From Alistipes sp. (GTDB lineage: Bacteria > Bacteroidota > Bacteroidia > Bacteroidales > Rikenellaceae), in the NCBI GenBank assembly GCA_045637085.1, contig JAZTYW010000036.1:51220-115219 (forward strand): 64,000 bases of DNA. The letters are read 5' to 3'. Below the pieces are notes generated by a model. The model saw only the letters and a program-made list of their open reading frames with translations, had not been told where the DNA came from and did no database searches. Of this stretch, positions 37,620 through 47,068 are shown piece by piece (the first letter of the stretch is position 1; each line of letters starts with the position of its first letter). A program made the position numbers and the translations under genes.

Positions 37620-38348
37620 ATGGCGCTGAAGTCGTATAAAGCACGCGGTATCGTTCTCGGCACACTCAAGTATGGCGAGAAGGGGCTCATTGTGCATATG
37701 TTCACCGACACACACGGTCGTCAAAGTTATATGGTACAGGGTGTTAAGCCCTCGGCAAAGGGATCAAAAATGGCGTTGCTGCAACCTATGTTTGCCGTGG
37801 AGTTCGAGGGGCTGCAATCCTCGAAGATGTCGATGCACCGCATGAAGGACCTTGTGCCAGGCATAGTGCTGCAATCAACGCCCTTCGACATCCGCAAGTC
37901 CACGATGTCGCTATTCATGGCGGAGGTACTCTACCGCCTTATCAGGGACAATGAGTCTGCACACGAGCTCTTCGATTTTGTGTGGGGTTGCGTGGCAGCA
38001 CTCGATGCCATAGATGAGGGTATAGCGAACTTCCACCTGTGGTTTCTTGCAAACTTAAGTCGCCCATTGGGCTTCTCGCCCGATAATGAGTATACCGATG
38101 GCGCGTGGCTCGATATTCGTGATGGTCATTTCACGCCCCATGCACTGATTCCGAGTGCTGCACTTACGCCCGAGAATGCTCGCATATTGCACGATATGCT
38201 GGAGTGTGATGTGCGATACCTCGCAGAGATAGGTCTCAACCGTACGGAGCGCGTAGAGTTTCTCGATGCGATGCTCAAATATTACGCCTACCACCTCGAG
38301 TCAATACGAGCAGTGGAGTCTATTCGCGTGCTGAGAGAGGTCTTTTAG
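37620..38348 (+). CDS. recO: DNA repair protein RecO
   Basis: GIVL..LKYGE..LIV..FT...GRQSY OB fold, FDIRKS...LF.AEVL, ANFHL.FL, LGFSP, as in Bacteroidetes RecO. Confidence 0.85.
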   Translation: MALKSYKARGIVLGTLKYGEKGLIVHMFTDTHGRQSYMVQGVKPSAKGSKMALLQPMFAVEFEGLQSSKMSMHRMKDLVPGIVLQSTPFDIRKSTMSLFMAEVLYRLIRDNESAHELFDFVWGCVAALDAIDEGIANFHLWFLANLSRPLGFSPDNEYTDGAWLDIRDGHFTPHALIPSAALTPENARILHDMLECDVRYLAEIGLNRTERVEFLDAMLKYYAYHLESIRAVESIRVLREVF

Positions 38349-38360
38349 TGTGCGAGATAT

Positions 38361-38402
38361 AAAAATGATGAAAGGAGGCGTCTTCACAGATGGCCTCCTT
38401 TC
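38361..38402. terminator. Intrinsic terminator hairpin
   Basis: GAAAGGAGGC...GCCTCCTTTC with short T-runs available on both strands. Confidence 0.8.
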
Positions 38403-38492
38403 GAACTTAGTTAGGTTAATGAGAATTGAGTCGATGAGCTAATTGGTGTGTCCATGAGAATTATTGAGATGTATGCTCATCAACTCCTGTTT
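38361..38492 (-). ncRNA. Candidate small RNA of about 130 nt
   Basis: Minus-strand promoter TTTG-N20-TATATTTG (38530-38499), 12-bp stem GAGTTGATGAGC/GCTCATCGACTC, then the terminator; only 13-14 codon ORFs inside. Confidence 0.45.
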
Positions 38493-38635
38493 GCAGTGCA
38501 AATATAATAATAAATAATTGAATTTGCAAAATAAATTCAATAAAATGCCATATTTTTAGCATATATGCACTAATAATTGCATATACAACCTGTTTATGCA
38601 AACAATTAAATTGCTGTTTTAGTTGAGTTGTGTTG

Positions 38636-39616
38636 CTAAAGAGCCGCTGCGATTGCGAGCGAAGATAGTGCCACATAGCCCACAACGCCAAGCAGAGCGC
38701 CGCTGCGTATAAAGTATACCGACAGCGTAGACGATGCAGTGACTGCGAGGGCTGTAAGCATCGAATCAGATGCAGAGGGGAGTAATAGTACCGCGCAGAG
38801 CTCGACAATAAAGAGCAGTTGCAGTGCTCGCCACGACCCTCGTACAACTGACGAATCGGAGTCGCGCTGCGCGAGTTGAAGGATAGACGCAGTTGCGTGC
38901 AAAATCACAATATAGGCAATGAATACCAGACGAGTGAGTGTGATGTTATCAAGAATGTTCGATGACAAAGGTGTTGTGAAACTGCGCCACCAGAGTAGTG
39001 TTGTAGATGAGAAATCTGTGCCCAAAAGCCACTCTATGTAGTAATAAGCGAAGAATGGTAGCAACATTCCTACAACCACGACAATAGCTTCACGGAACTT
39101 TTTGCGTGCTGCGATAAGTGCAAGACACATAGCCACGGGAACAACAACCATCGCAGCCTCGACAACGGCAAGTGTGCTGGCGGCAAACATAGCGGTAAAG
39201 AGCCTGTGAACACACTTTCGATGGCTGAAGCAGTGGAACATATTGCTCAATGAGTATGTCATGAGCATAATGATAACTGCCTGATGTAGAGCATCGCCCG
39301 TAGTAATCATTGGCATCATCATCACGGCACACAGTGCCATGGGAGCCATGGTGCTGACAGGGTAGATGTGTGCGCGCAGGGTGGCTCGCGAGAGCGATAA
39401 CACGCTCGCAGCGTAGATAAGTACAACGACAAGTCCCTGTAAAAATCCAGAGCCAAAGGTTGCAGATTCGATAAGCTGCATGAGGGGTGAATCGACTGCA
39501 GGCTCAATGCCGCTATCGCCCGTGTGTGTGGCGAGAAGTGTAACGAGAATAATGGTCGTTACAAAGAGCGTTATTAGACCCTCGTAAAATTTATGTCTGG
39601 CAATATCTAATATCAT
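38636..39616 (-). CDS. Polytopic membrane protein (DUF6427-like)
   Basis: About 9 hydrophobic helices; RE..V...G.LLP motif; -7 box TACCTTTG at 39657-39664 on the minus strand. Confidence 0.65.
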   Translation of the reverse strand: MILDIARHKFYEGLITLFVTTIILVTLLATHTGDSGIEPAVDSPLMQLIESATFGSGFLQGLVVVLIYAASVLSLSRATLRAHIYPVSTMAPMALCAVMMMPMITTGDALHQAVIIMLMTYSLSNMFHCFSHRKCVHRLFTAMFAASTLAVVEAAMVVVPVAMCLALIAARKKFREAIVVVVGMLLPFFAYYYIEWLLGTDFSSTTLLWWRSFTTPLSSNILDNITLTRLVFIAYIVILHATASILQLAQRDSDSSVVRGSWRALQLLFIVELCAVLLLPSASDSMLTALAVTASSTLSVYFIRSGALLGVVGYVALSSLAIAAAL

Positions 39617-39834
39617 TGTCGCTATCTCAATTGGTTGTATGACCCCTATTTCCCGACAAAGGTAACCTAAAAATTGTTAATCACGAGCCTTGAACTGAAA
39701 ATATTATACACTTTTCGCACTCTTAATTTCCGAATTAACATTTTTTTATTACCTTTGCGCGGCTTATACCTATATAAGTAGGTAGATGGCTGAAAATAAG
39801 AGTAAAGACAAGACAAATAAACTAAAATAGAGTT

Positions 39835-41163
39835 ATGAATATTACAAGAGAACAGCGTGAGGGCGGCCTTTCAATCTTGAAGGTCGTTGTTGGCGAGGCT
39901 GACTACGGTCAGGCAGTTGAGAAGCAGTTGCGTGAGTATAAGCGTAAGGCTAATGTTCCTGGTTTCCGTCCAGGCATGGTGCCTATGGGCATCGTTAAGA
40001 AGATGTATGGCAAGCACGTAGTTGCTGAGCAGTCATATCATCTTGCATCAACTTCAGTATTCGAGTACTTGCAGAAGGAGAACATCGACTATGTAGGTGA
40101 TGTAATCCCATCAGAGGAGCAGGGCGAGTTCGATTTCGAGAATAAGACTGAGTTCGAGTTCGTATTCGAGATTGGTGAGGCACCAAAGATCGAGTTGGAG
40201 CTCTCAGCTAAGGATAAGGTTACGTACAACACTATCAAGGTAGACGAGAAGATGCACAGCGACTACCGCTCTAACTACTTGCGCCGCTATGGTCGCCTTG
40301 TAGAGGTAGAGAAGGTGGAGAAGGATGAGGCTCTTAACGTAACTTTGGACAACGGTGACATCCGCATCGAGGAGGCATACGTAGGTCTTATCTCTATGAC
40401 TGATGAGGAGCGTGCTCCATGGATCGGCAAGGAGGTAGGTTACAAGACTACTGTAAACATCAACGAGCTCTACAAGAAGCCTGAGCAGCGTGCTGCAATC
40501 CTCTCAGTTAAGGAGGATGAGCTTGAGAGCATCAAGGCTGAGTTCGAGTTGGAGATCACTAAGATTCGTCGTTTCGCAGATCCAGAGCTTAACGAGGAGT
40601 TCTTCAAGATGGCGTTCCCTGCAGGTAATGTAACATCTGCAGAGGAGCTTGATAAGTTCATCAGCGAGGAGATCGAGCGTGAGCTTAAGCGTGAGTGCGA
40701 CTTCATGTTCGTTAACCAGATGCGTAACTACGTTGTTGAGAAGGCTGGCTTGCAGATGCCTGAGGAGTTCTTGAAGCGTTGGTTGTATGTTATCAACGAG
40801 GGTAAGTTCTCACGCGAGGAGATCGAGAAGGATTTCCCAGCATTCATCAAGATGTTTACTTGGAACTACTTGCAGAAGCACTTCATCACTGAGGGTGAGC
40901 TCAAGGTAACTCCTGAGGAGGCAAAGGCTGAGGCTATGTCATTCGCACAGATGCAGTTCGCACAGTATGGTATGCCATCTGCACCAGCAGATATGCTCGA
41001 GAACTTCGCAAAGCAGATCATGGATAACAAGGAGCAGATCCAGAAGATCTATGAGAAGCTCTTCGAGGAGAAGGTTGTTGAGTATCTCCGTGGCAAGGTA
41101 AAGGTTACCGAGAAGGCTATCTCTGCTGACGAGTTTGCAAAGTTCGCACAGGAGCTCGCATAA
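39835..41163 (+). CDS. tig: Trigger factor
   Basis: ANVPGFRPGMVP ribosome-binding signature, LPEEFLKRWL-like motif; upstream of clpP-clpX; highly biased codon usage. Confidence 0.93.
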   Translation: MNITREQREGGLSILKVVVGEADYGQAVEKQLREYKRKANVPGFRPGMVPMGIVKKMYGKHVVAEQSYHLASTSVFEYLQKENIDYVGDVIPSEEQGEFDFENKTEFEFVFEIGEAPKIELELSAKDKVTYNTIKVDEKMHSDYRSNYLRRYGRLVEVEKVEKDEALNVTLDNGDIRIEEAYVGLISMTDEERAPWIGKEVGYKTTVNINELYKKPEQRAAILSVKEDELESIKAEFELEITKIRRFADPELNEEFFKMAFPAGNVTSAEELDKFISEEIERELKRECDFMFVNQMRNYVVEKAGLQMPEEFLKRWLYVINEGKFSREEIEKDFPAFIKMFTWNYLQKHFITEGELKVTPEEAKAEAMSFAQMQFAQYGMPSAPADMLENFAKQIMDNKEQIQKIYEKLFEEKVVEYLRGKVKVTEKAISADEFAKFAQELA

Positions 41164-41195
41164 GTTCCTAACCCGCGAATAGCGATATAAAGGAG

Positions 41196-41235
41196 GCAAT
41201 TCCCGGGCGATTTGTGGCTCGGGAATTGCTTTGTT
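41196..41235 (+). terminator. Stem-loop between tig and clpP (terminator or stabiliser)
   Basis: GCAATTCCCG...CGGGAATTGC followed by TTTGTT. Confidence 0.6.
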
Positions 41236-41262
41236 AATAAGCCTACATAATAAATATATAAT

Positions 41263-41925
41263 ATGAGAGAATTTGATAAGTTTGCACGTCTGCACTGCGG
41301 CATCAACTCTATGACCTTGCACGACTTCCGTGCCCAGGCACAGGGCTATGTGTCACCCACAATCATCGAGGAGCGACACCTTAATGTAGCTACTATGGAT
41401 GTATTCTCTCGCCTTATGATGGATCGCATCATCTTTCTCGGTGCCCCAATCTACGATGATGCTGCAAACATCATCCAGGCGCAGTTGCTCTTCTTGGAGT
41501 CGGTAGATGCTGACAAAGACATTCAGCTATATATCAACTCTCCAGGAGGTTCGGTATCGGCAGGCTTGGGCATCTATGACACCATGCAGCTTATTTCGTG
41601 TGACGTAGCCACTATCTGCACCGGCATGGCGGCATCCATGGGTGCTGTGTTGCTCACGGCGGGTGCTGCGGGCAAGCGCTCGGCATTGCCACACTCGCGA
41701 GTGATGATTCACCAGCCTCTTGGTGGTGTGCAGGGTCAGGCGTCGGACATCGAGATTACGGCACGCGAGATTGCAAAGACAAAGCGCGAACTATACGAAA
41801 TTCTCGCGTCACACTCTGGTAAGTCCATCGAGAAGATTGAGGCGGATGCCGACCGTGACTACTGGCTTACGGCTGCCGAGGCGCAGGAGTATGGCCTTAT
41901 TGACCGAGTGTTGACCCGTAGATAA
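41263..41925 (+). CDS. clpP: ATP-dependent Clp protease proteolytic subunit
   Basis: [42 protein letters not shown]. Confidence 0.97.
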   Translation: MREFDKFARLHCGINSMTLHDFRAQAQGYVSPTIIEERHLNVATMDVFSRLMMDRIIFLGAPIYDDAANIIQAQLLFLESVDADKDIQLYINSPGGSVSAGLGIYDTMQLISCDVATICTGMAASMGAVLLTAGAAGKRSALPHSRVMIHQPLGGVQGQASDIEITAREIAKTKRELYEILASHSGKSIEKIEADADRDYWLTAAEAQEYGLIDRVLTRR

Positions 41926-41942
41926 TATCCAAAGAGAGATAG

Positions 41943-43205
41943 ATGACACATAAATCACGAAAGACAACAGAGCGTAGTGGCAATTGCTGTTCGTTCTGCG
42001 GAACACCTGCCGAGGAGGCTCCATTGATGTTTAATGGTGGTGATGGCGCCTGCATCTGCTCGTCGTGTATCGAGCATGGCTATGAGCTTCTCGTGGAGCA
42101 TAACATCGTGGCTGGTGGCAAGAAGAGGGGTGGCGGCGTAAAGTCGAAGTTTGCACCCTTGAAGAAGAGCGACCTGTTGCGTCCCAATCAGATAAAGAGT
42201 TTCTTGGATGATTACGTAATCGGTCAGGATGCTGCTAAGCGTTATATGTCGGTTGCTGTATATAACCACTACAAAAGATTGCTCTCTAAGGGCAAGACCG
42301 AGGATGTGGAGCTGGATAAGTCGAACATCGTGCTCGTAGGTCCTACGGGTACGGGTAAGACGCTTATGGCACGCACCATCGCGCGTTTGTTGCATGTTCC
42401 ATTCTCGATTGTGGATGCTACGGCACTTACACAGGCGGGTTATGTGGGTGAGGATGTTGAGAGCATCTTGTCGCGTCTGTTGCAGGCTGCGGACTATGAT
42501 GTTGAGGCTGCGGAGCGTGGCATCATCTTCATCGACGAGATTGACAAGATTGCCCGTAAGGGTGACAATCCCTCAATCACACGCGATGTGTCGGGTGAGG
42601 GTGTGCAGCAGGCGTTGCTCAAAATCTTGGAGGGCACAGTGGTAAACGTGCCACCTCAGGGTGGTCGTAAGCACCCCGACCAGAAGTATATTCAGGTAGA
42701 TACATCCAACATTCTGTTCATCTGTGGCGGTGCATTCGATGGCATCGAGAAGAAAATTGCTATGCGCTTGAATACCAATGCTATCGGCTATGGTGCGCAG
42801 AACAAGCAGCGCATCAACGAGACCAATATCATGAGCTATATTCAGCCTCAGGATTTGCGTTCGTTTGGCCTTATTCCCGAGCTTATTGGTCGTCTTCCGG
42901 TGCTTACCTTCATGGAGCCTTTGGAGCGTGAGGCATTGCGTTCTATACTCACCGAGCCTAAGAACTCTATTATCCGTCAGTATGAGACCCTGATGTCGCT
43001 GGACGATATCAAGTTGAGGTTTGAGGATGAGGTTCTCGACTACATCGTCGACAAGGCGTTGGAGTTTAAGCTTGGTGCACGCGGTTTGCGCACTATCTGC
43101 GAGGCGATAATGATGGATGTTATGTTCGATTTGCCCGAGGGTGAGAACAATGAGTTTGTCGTGACTTTGGACTACGCGAAATCAAAGATTGACAAAGCTG
43201 CATAG
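41943..43205 (+). CDS. clpX: Clp protease ATP-binding subunit ClpX
   Basis: CSFC...C..C zinc finger, [48 protein letters not shown]. Confidence 0.97.
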   Translation: MTHKSRKTTERSGNCCSFCGTPAEEAPLMFNGGDGACICSSCIEHGYELLVEHNIVAGGKKRGGGVKSKFAPLKKSDLLRPNQIKSFLDDYVIGQDAAKRYMSVAVYNHYKRLLSKGKTEDVELDKSNIVLVGPTGTGKTLMARTIARLLHVPFSIVDATALTQAGYVGEDVESILSRLLQAADYDVEAAERGIIFIDEIDKIARKGDNPSITRDVSGEGVQQALLKILEGTVVNVPPQGGRKHPDQKYIQVDTSNILFICGGAFDGIEKKIAMRLNTNAIGYGAQNKQRINETNIMSYIQPQDLRSFGLIPELIGRLPVLTFMEPLEREALRSILTEPKNSIIRQYETLMSLDDIKLRFEDEVLDYIVDKALEFKLGARGLRTICEAIMMDVMFDLPEGENNEFVVTLDYAKSKIDKAA

Positions 43206-43308
43206 CTTGTCAGCACAAAAGAGCCAATAAGAGAGAGGTTTACGCACGAAATATCAAATTTTTGTGTAACTTTGTAGCATTGAATATAAATAATTAAAAT
43301 CATATAGT

Positions 43309-45036
43309 ATGAATATCGAACTCAGTGAACAGGAACAGTTGCGCCGTCAGTCGCTTAAGGCATTGCGCGAGTTGGGCATCAACCCATACCCCGCAGCACG
43401 CTTCGAGGTGAACGCTTCAGCGCGCGAGATTGCCGAGAACTACGACGCCGAGAAGGGTAACTATCAGGAGGTTACAATCGCTGGCCGTATCATGAGCCGC
43501 CGTATCATGGGCTCTGCATCGTTCTTCGAGCTTCAGGACTCAACAGGTCGTATTCAGGTGTATATCCGCCGCGATGACATCTGCCCCGAGGGTGATCCTA
43601 CGCTCTACAATACAGTATTCAAGAAACTCTTGGATATCGGTGACTTTATTGGTGTTGAGGGCTTTGCGTTCCTTACAAATACTGGCGAGTTGTCTGTACA
43701 CTGTAAGAAATTTACAGTGCTCTCGAAGTCTGTACGCCCTCTTCCTGTTGTTAAGCAGAAGGATGGCCAGACCTTCGATGCTTTGACCGACCCTGAGGTG
43801 CGCTATCGTCAGCGCTATCTCGACCTTGTGGTTAACCCACACGTGAAGGATACCTTCATTAAGCGTGCCAAGATCATGCAGACAATGCGTGACTTCTTCA
43901 ACGAGCGCGGCTACCTCGAGGTGGAGACTCCTATTTTGCAGCCCATCCCTGGTGGTGCGGCAGCACGTCCATTCATCACACACCACAACGCTCTCGACAT
44001 CGACTTCTACATGCGAATAGCTACGGAGTTGTACCTCAAGCGTCTCATCGTGGGTGGCTTCGATGGCGTTTATGAGTTCGGTAAGAACTTCCGCAACGAG
44101 GGTATGGACCGTACGCACAACCCAGAGTTCACATGTATGGAGATCTACGTAGCATACAAGGACTACATCTGGATGCAGGAGTTCACCGAGCAGATGTTGG
44201 AGCGCGTAGCGATGGCTGTTAATGGTACAACTGATGTTGTGCTCGATGGCAAGACTATCTCGTTCAAGTCGCCTTTCCGTCGCGTGACAATGACAGATGC
44301 TATCCGTGAGAAGACTGGCTACGACATTACAGGTCAGAGCGAGGAGCAGTTGCGCGAGGCTTGTAAGCGACTCAATGTTGAGATTGACGATACTATGGGT
44401 AAGGGTAAGCTTATCGATGCTATCTTCGGTCAGTACTGCGAGGGCGACCTTATCCAGCCTACATTCGTAACAGACTATCCTATCGAGATGTCGCCATTGT
44501 GTAAGCGTCACCGCGATAACAACGACCTTACAGAGCGTTTCGAGCTCTTCGTAAATGGTAAGGAGTTGTGTAACGCATACTCGGAGCTTAACGATCCTAT
44601 TGATCAGCTCGAGCGCTTTGAGGAGCAGATGCGCCTCTCGGAGAAGGGCGACGACGAGGCTATGGTTATCGATATGGACTTCGTGCGTGCATTGGAGTAT
44701 GGTATGCCTTCATGCTCAGGTATGGGTATCGGCATCGACCGCCTCACAATGTTCATGACAGGCGAGACATCTATCCAGGACGTGTTGTTCTTCCCTACAA
44801 TGCGTCCCGAGAAGAAGGTTGTTGCTGATGCTGAGGAGGTATACACAGAGGCTGGCATTCCCGCTGAGTGGGTTGCAGTTGTTCAGAAGATGGGTTACAT
44901 CACACTCGAGGCGTTCAAGAATACCGCTTCGACAGGTGGCATGAAGCTCTTCAACGACCTTTGCGGCTTCAACAAGAAGAACAAGCTCGGTCTCGCGACT
45001 GCAGAGATTAAGGCTTGGATTGAGGCTCAGGCATAA
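43309..45036 (+). CDS. lysS: Lysine--tRNA ligase (class II) with Bacteroidetes C-terminal extension
   Basis: [52 protein letters not shown]; -7 box at 43267-43274. Confidence 0.97.
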   Translation: MNIELSEQEQLRRQSLKALRELGINPYPAARFEVNASAREIAENYDAEKGNYQEVTIAGRIMSRRIMGSASFFELQDSTGRIQVYIRRDDICPEGDPTLYNTVFKKLLDIGDFIGVEGFAFLTNTGELSVHCKKFTVLSKSVRPLPVVKQKDGQTFDALTDPEVRYRQRYLDLVVNPHVKDTFIKRAKIMQTMRDFFNERGYLEVETPILQPIPGGAAARPFITHHNALDIDFYMRIATELYLKRLIVGGFDGVYEFGKNFRNEGMDRTHNPEFTCMEIYVAYKDYIWMQEFTEQMLERVAMAVNGTTDVVLDGKTISFKSPFRRVTMTDAIREKTGYDITGQSEEQLREACKRLNVEIDDTMGKGKLIDAIFGQYCEGDLIQPTFVTDYPIEMSPLCKRHRDNNDLTERFELFVNGKELCNAYSELNDPIDQLERFEEQMRLSEKGDDEAMVIDMDFVRALEYGMPSCSGMGIGIDRLTMFMTGETSIQDVLFFPTMRPEKKVVADAEEVYTEAGIPAEWVAVVQKMGYITLEAFKNTASTGGMKLFNDLCGFNKKNKLGLATAEIKAWIEAQA

Positions 45037-45047
45037 GAAGACTTCTG

Positions 45048-46037
45048 ATGCAGACAACCGATAGCAACATAGCAATATATCAGACCCCCGATGGCGAGAC
45101 GATTATAGACGTCCGCCTCGAGGGGGATACTGTGTGGTTGTCTAGAATGCAGATAGCACAACTGTTGCATACTCAACCTCAAAATGTTAGCCTTCATATA
45201 GGCAACATTTATCGAGAGAAAGAGTTAGATGAGGCTTCAACTCGAAAGGATTTCTTTCTAGTTCAAAATGAGGGCAACAGAAAGGTAAGTCGACTTACAA
45301 AATTTTATAACCTTGATGTAATCATATCTGTAGGTTATCGTGTTAAGTCTCAACGTGGTACTCAATTCCGCATTTGGGCAAATAAAATCCTCAAAGATTA
45401 TATAATTAGAGGTTATGCCATAAATCAAAATGCCAAGGTGGAGCAGTTGGATGAGCTGAAGCAGACGATTGCTATCATGCGTAATGTGCTTGCTCATAAG
45501 AGTATAACGCAGGATGAAGCAGTAGGACTTCTGAGGGTTATCAGTGATTACTCGTATGGACTTGATACCTTAGATAGGTATGACTACCAAACATTGGATA
45601 TTACAAAAACTACCAAGAGCGAGGTATTTAGGGCGACATACGAAAATGCTATTGAGGCTCTCGCGATATTGAAAGATAAGTTTGGTGGAAGCGACCTTTT
45701 TGCGCATGAAAAGGATGACTCTTTCAAAAGCACCATGGGTGTGATATATCAGACATTCGATGGTCAGGAGTTATATCCAAGTATCGAGGAGAAGGCGGCA
45801 AACTTACTATATCTTACGGTTAAGAACCACTCGTTTAGCGATGGTAATAAGCGTATAGCTGCATTTCTCTTCTTGTGGTTCATGGAGAAGAATGGTATAT
45901 TGTACCGAGAGGATGGCTCTCGACTTCTCGACAACAATACGCTGGTAGCCTTGACGTTAATGATTGCTCAAAGTAAGGTAGAGGAGAAAGATATAATGAC
46001 AAAGGTTGTTGTTAACCTAATTAATCAGAACAATTAA
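45048..46037 (+). CDS. RhuM-like / Fic-Doc fusion protein
   Basis: N-terminal TVWLS..QIA.L, YNLDVIISVGYRVKSQRGTQFRIWA; C-terminal YPSIEEKAA.LLY..KNHSFSDGNKRIA. Confidence 0.88.
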   Translation: MQTTDSNIAIYQTPDGETIIDVRLEGDTVWLSRMQIAQLLHTQPQNVSLHIGNIYREKELDEASTRKDFFLVQNEGNRKVSRLTKFYNLDVIISVGYRVKSQRGTQFRIWANKILKDYIIRGYAINQNAKVEQLDELKQTIAIMRNVLAHKSITQDEAVGLLRVISDYSYGLDTLDRYDYQTLDITKTTKSEVFRATYENAIEALAILKDKFGGSDLFAHEKDDSFKSTMGVIYQTFDGQELYPSIEEKAANLLYLTVKNHSFSDGNKRIAAFLFLWFMEKNGILYREDGSRLLDNNTLVALTLMIAQSKVEEKDIMTKVVVNLINQNN

Positions 46038-46056
46038 ACTAAAAAAAATATAGACA

Positions 46057-46809
46057 ATGAGAAAGAAGATTGTTGCGGGTAACTGGAAGATGAACACCTT
46101 GCCCGCGGAGGGTGTAGAGCTCGCTAAGGGCGTTGCAGCAGGCAAGAGCGATGTTTGTGACTGCGTAACTCTTATCGTATGTCCTCCATTTACACACCTT
46201 CACAGCGTTATCGAGACTTTGAAGGGTTCTAACATCGCTGTTGGCGCACAGGATTGTGCTACAGAGGTTAAGGGTGCTTACACTGGCGAGGTATCGGCAG
46301 AGATGATCGCAGCGCTTGGTTGCGAGTATGTTATCCTTGGCCACTCTGAGCGTCGCCAGTACTATGGTGAGACTTCTGAGACCTTGAACAAGAAGATGGC
46401 ACGCGCTTATGAGAACAACCTAAAGCCTATCTATTGCGTAGGTGAGAACCTCGAGGAGCGTGAGGCAGGTCGCCACTTTGAGGTGTGCAAGCAGCAGATC
46501 GAGGAGGTTGTATTCAACCTCACTGAGGAGCAGTTTGCCCAGCTCGTTATCGCATATGAGCCTGTTTGGGCTATCGGCACAGGCAAGACTGCTACTGCTG
46601 AGCAGGCAGAGGAGATTCACGCTTATATCCGCGAGGTGTTGCGCTCGAAGTTCGGCGCTGCAGCTGAGGAGTGTGCTATCCTCTATGGTGGCTCATGCAA
46701 GCCTACAAACGCTGCTGAGATCTTCTCTAAGGAGAACGTAGATGGTGGTCTTATTGGTGGTGCTGCCCTCAAGGCTGAGGACTTCCTCGGTATTGCAAAG
46801 GCTTTTTAA
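46057..46809 (+). CDS. tpiA: Triosephosphate isomerase
   Basis: [43 protein letters not shown]. Confidence 0.97.
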   Translation: MRKKIVAGNWKMNTLPAEGVELAKGVAAGKSDVCDCVTLIVCPPFTHLHSVIETLKGSNIAVGAQDCATEVKGAYTGEVSAEMIAALGCEYVILGHSERRQYYGETSETLNKKMARAYENNLKPIYCVGENLEEREAGRHFEVCKQQIEEVVFNLTEEQFAQLVIAYEPVWAIGTGKTATAEQAEEIHAYIREVLRSKFGAAAEECAILYGGSCKPTNAAEIFSKENVDGGLIGGAALKAEDFLGIAKAF

Positions 46810-46855
46810 TTTGCAGTGATAAGGTAAGGAGTTATCTCCCAAAATCCTAAATATT

Positions 46856-46904
46856 AAAGCGTCAATGGAGTGTGCGTTAAGTACCATCCATTGATGCTTT
46901 TTTT
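46856..46904 (+). terminator. Intrinsic terminator after tpiA
   Basis: AAAGCGTCAATGGA...TCCATTGATGCTTTTTTT. Confidence 0.8.
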
Positions 46905-47068
46905 ATGTTGCAAAGTAATTGAGAAGCCTTAAGTATATAGTTACAGTTGTACTCTGTTGAGGGGGATTTATATCAATTATTTAGTCTAAAAGTGTTGGTT
47001 GACATGCAAATGTCGAAAATAATGTTTAATTTTGTATATAACTCCTAAATCAAATAAACAGTATAACC

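Noticed and set aside
38461-38847. 128-aa minus-strand ORF spanning the candidate sRNA promoter
   Set aside because: Overlaps the membrane-protein gene out of frame, crosses AT-rich promoter DNA and has no protein-like features
43540-44511. Long antisense ORFs (also 18140-19138, 20012-20872, 19138-19851 and others)
   Set aside because: Shadows of strongly codon-biased genes on the opposite strand, with no recognisable motifs
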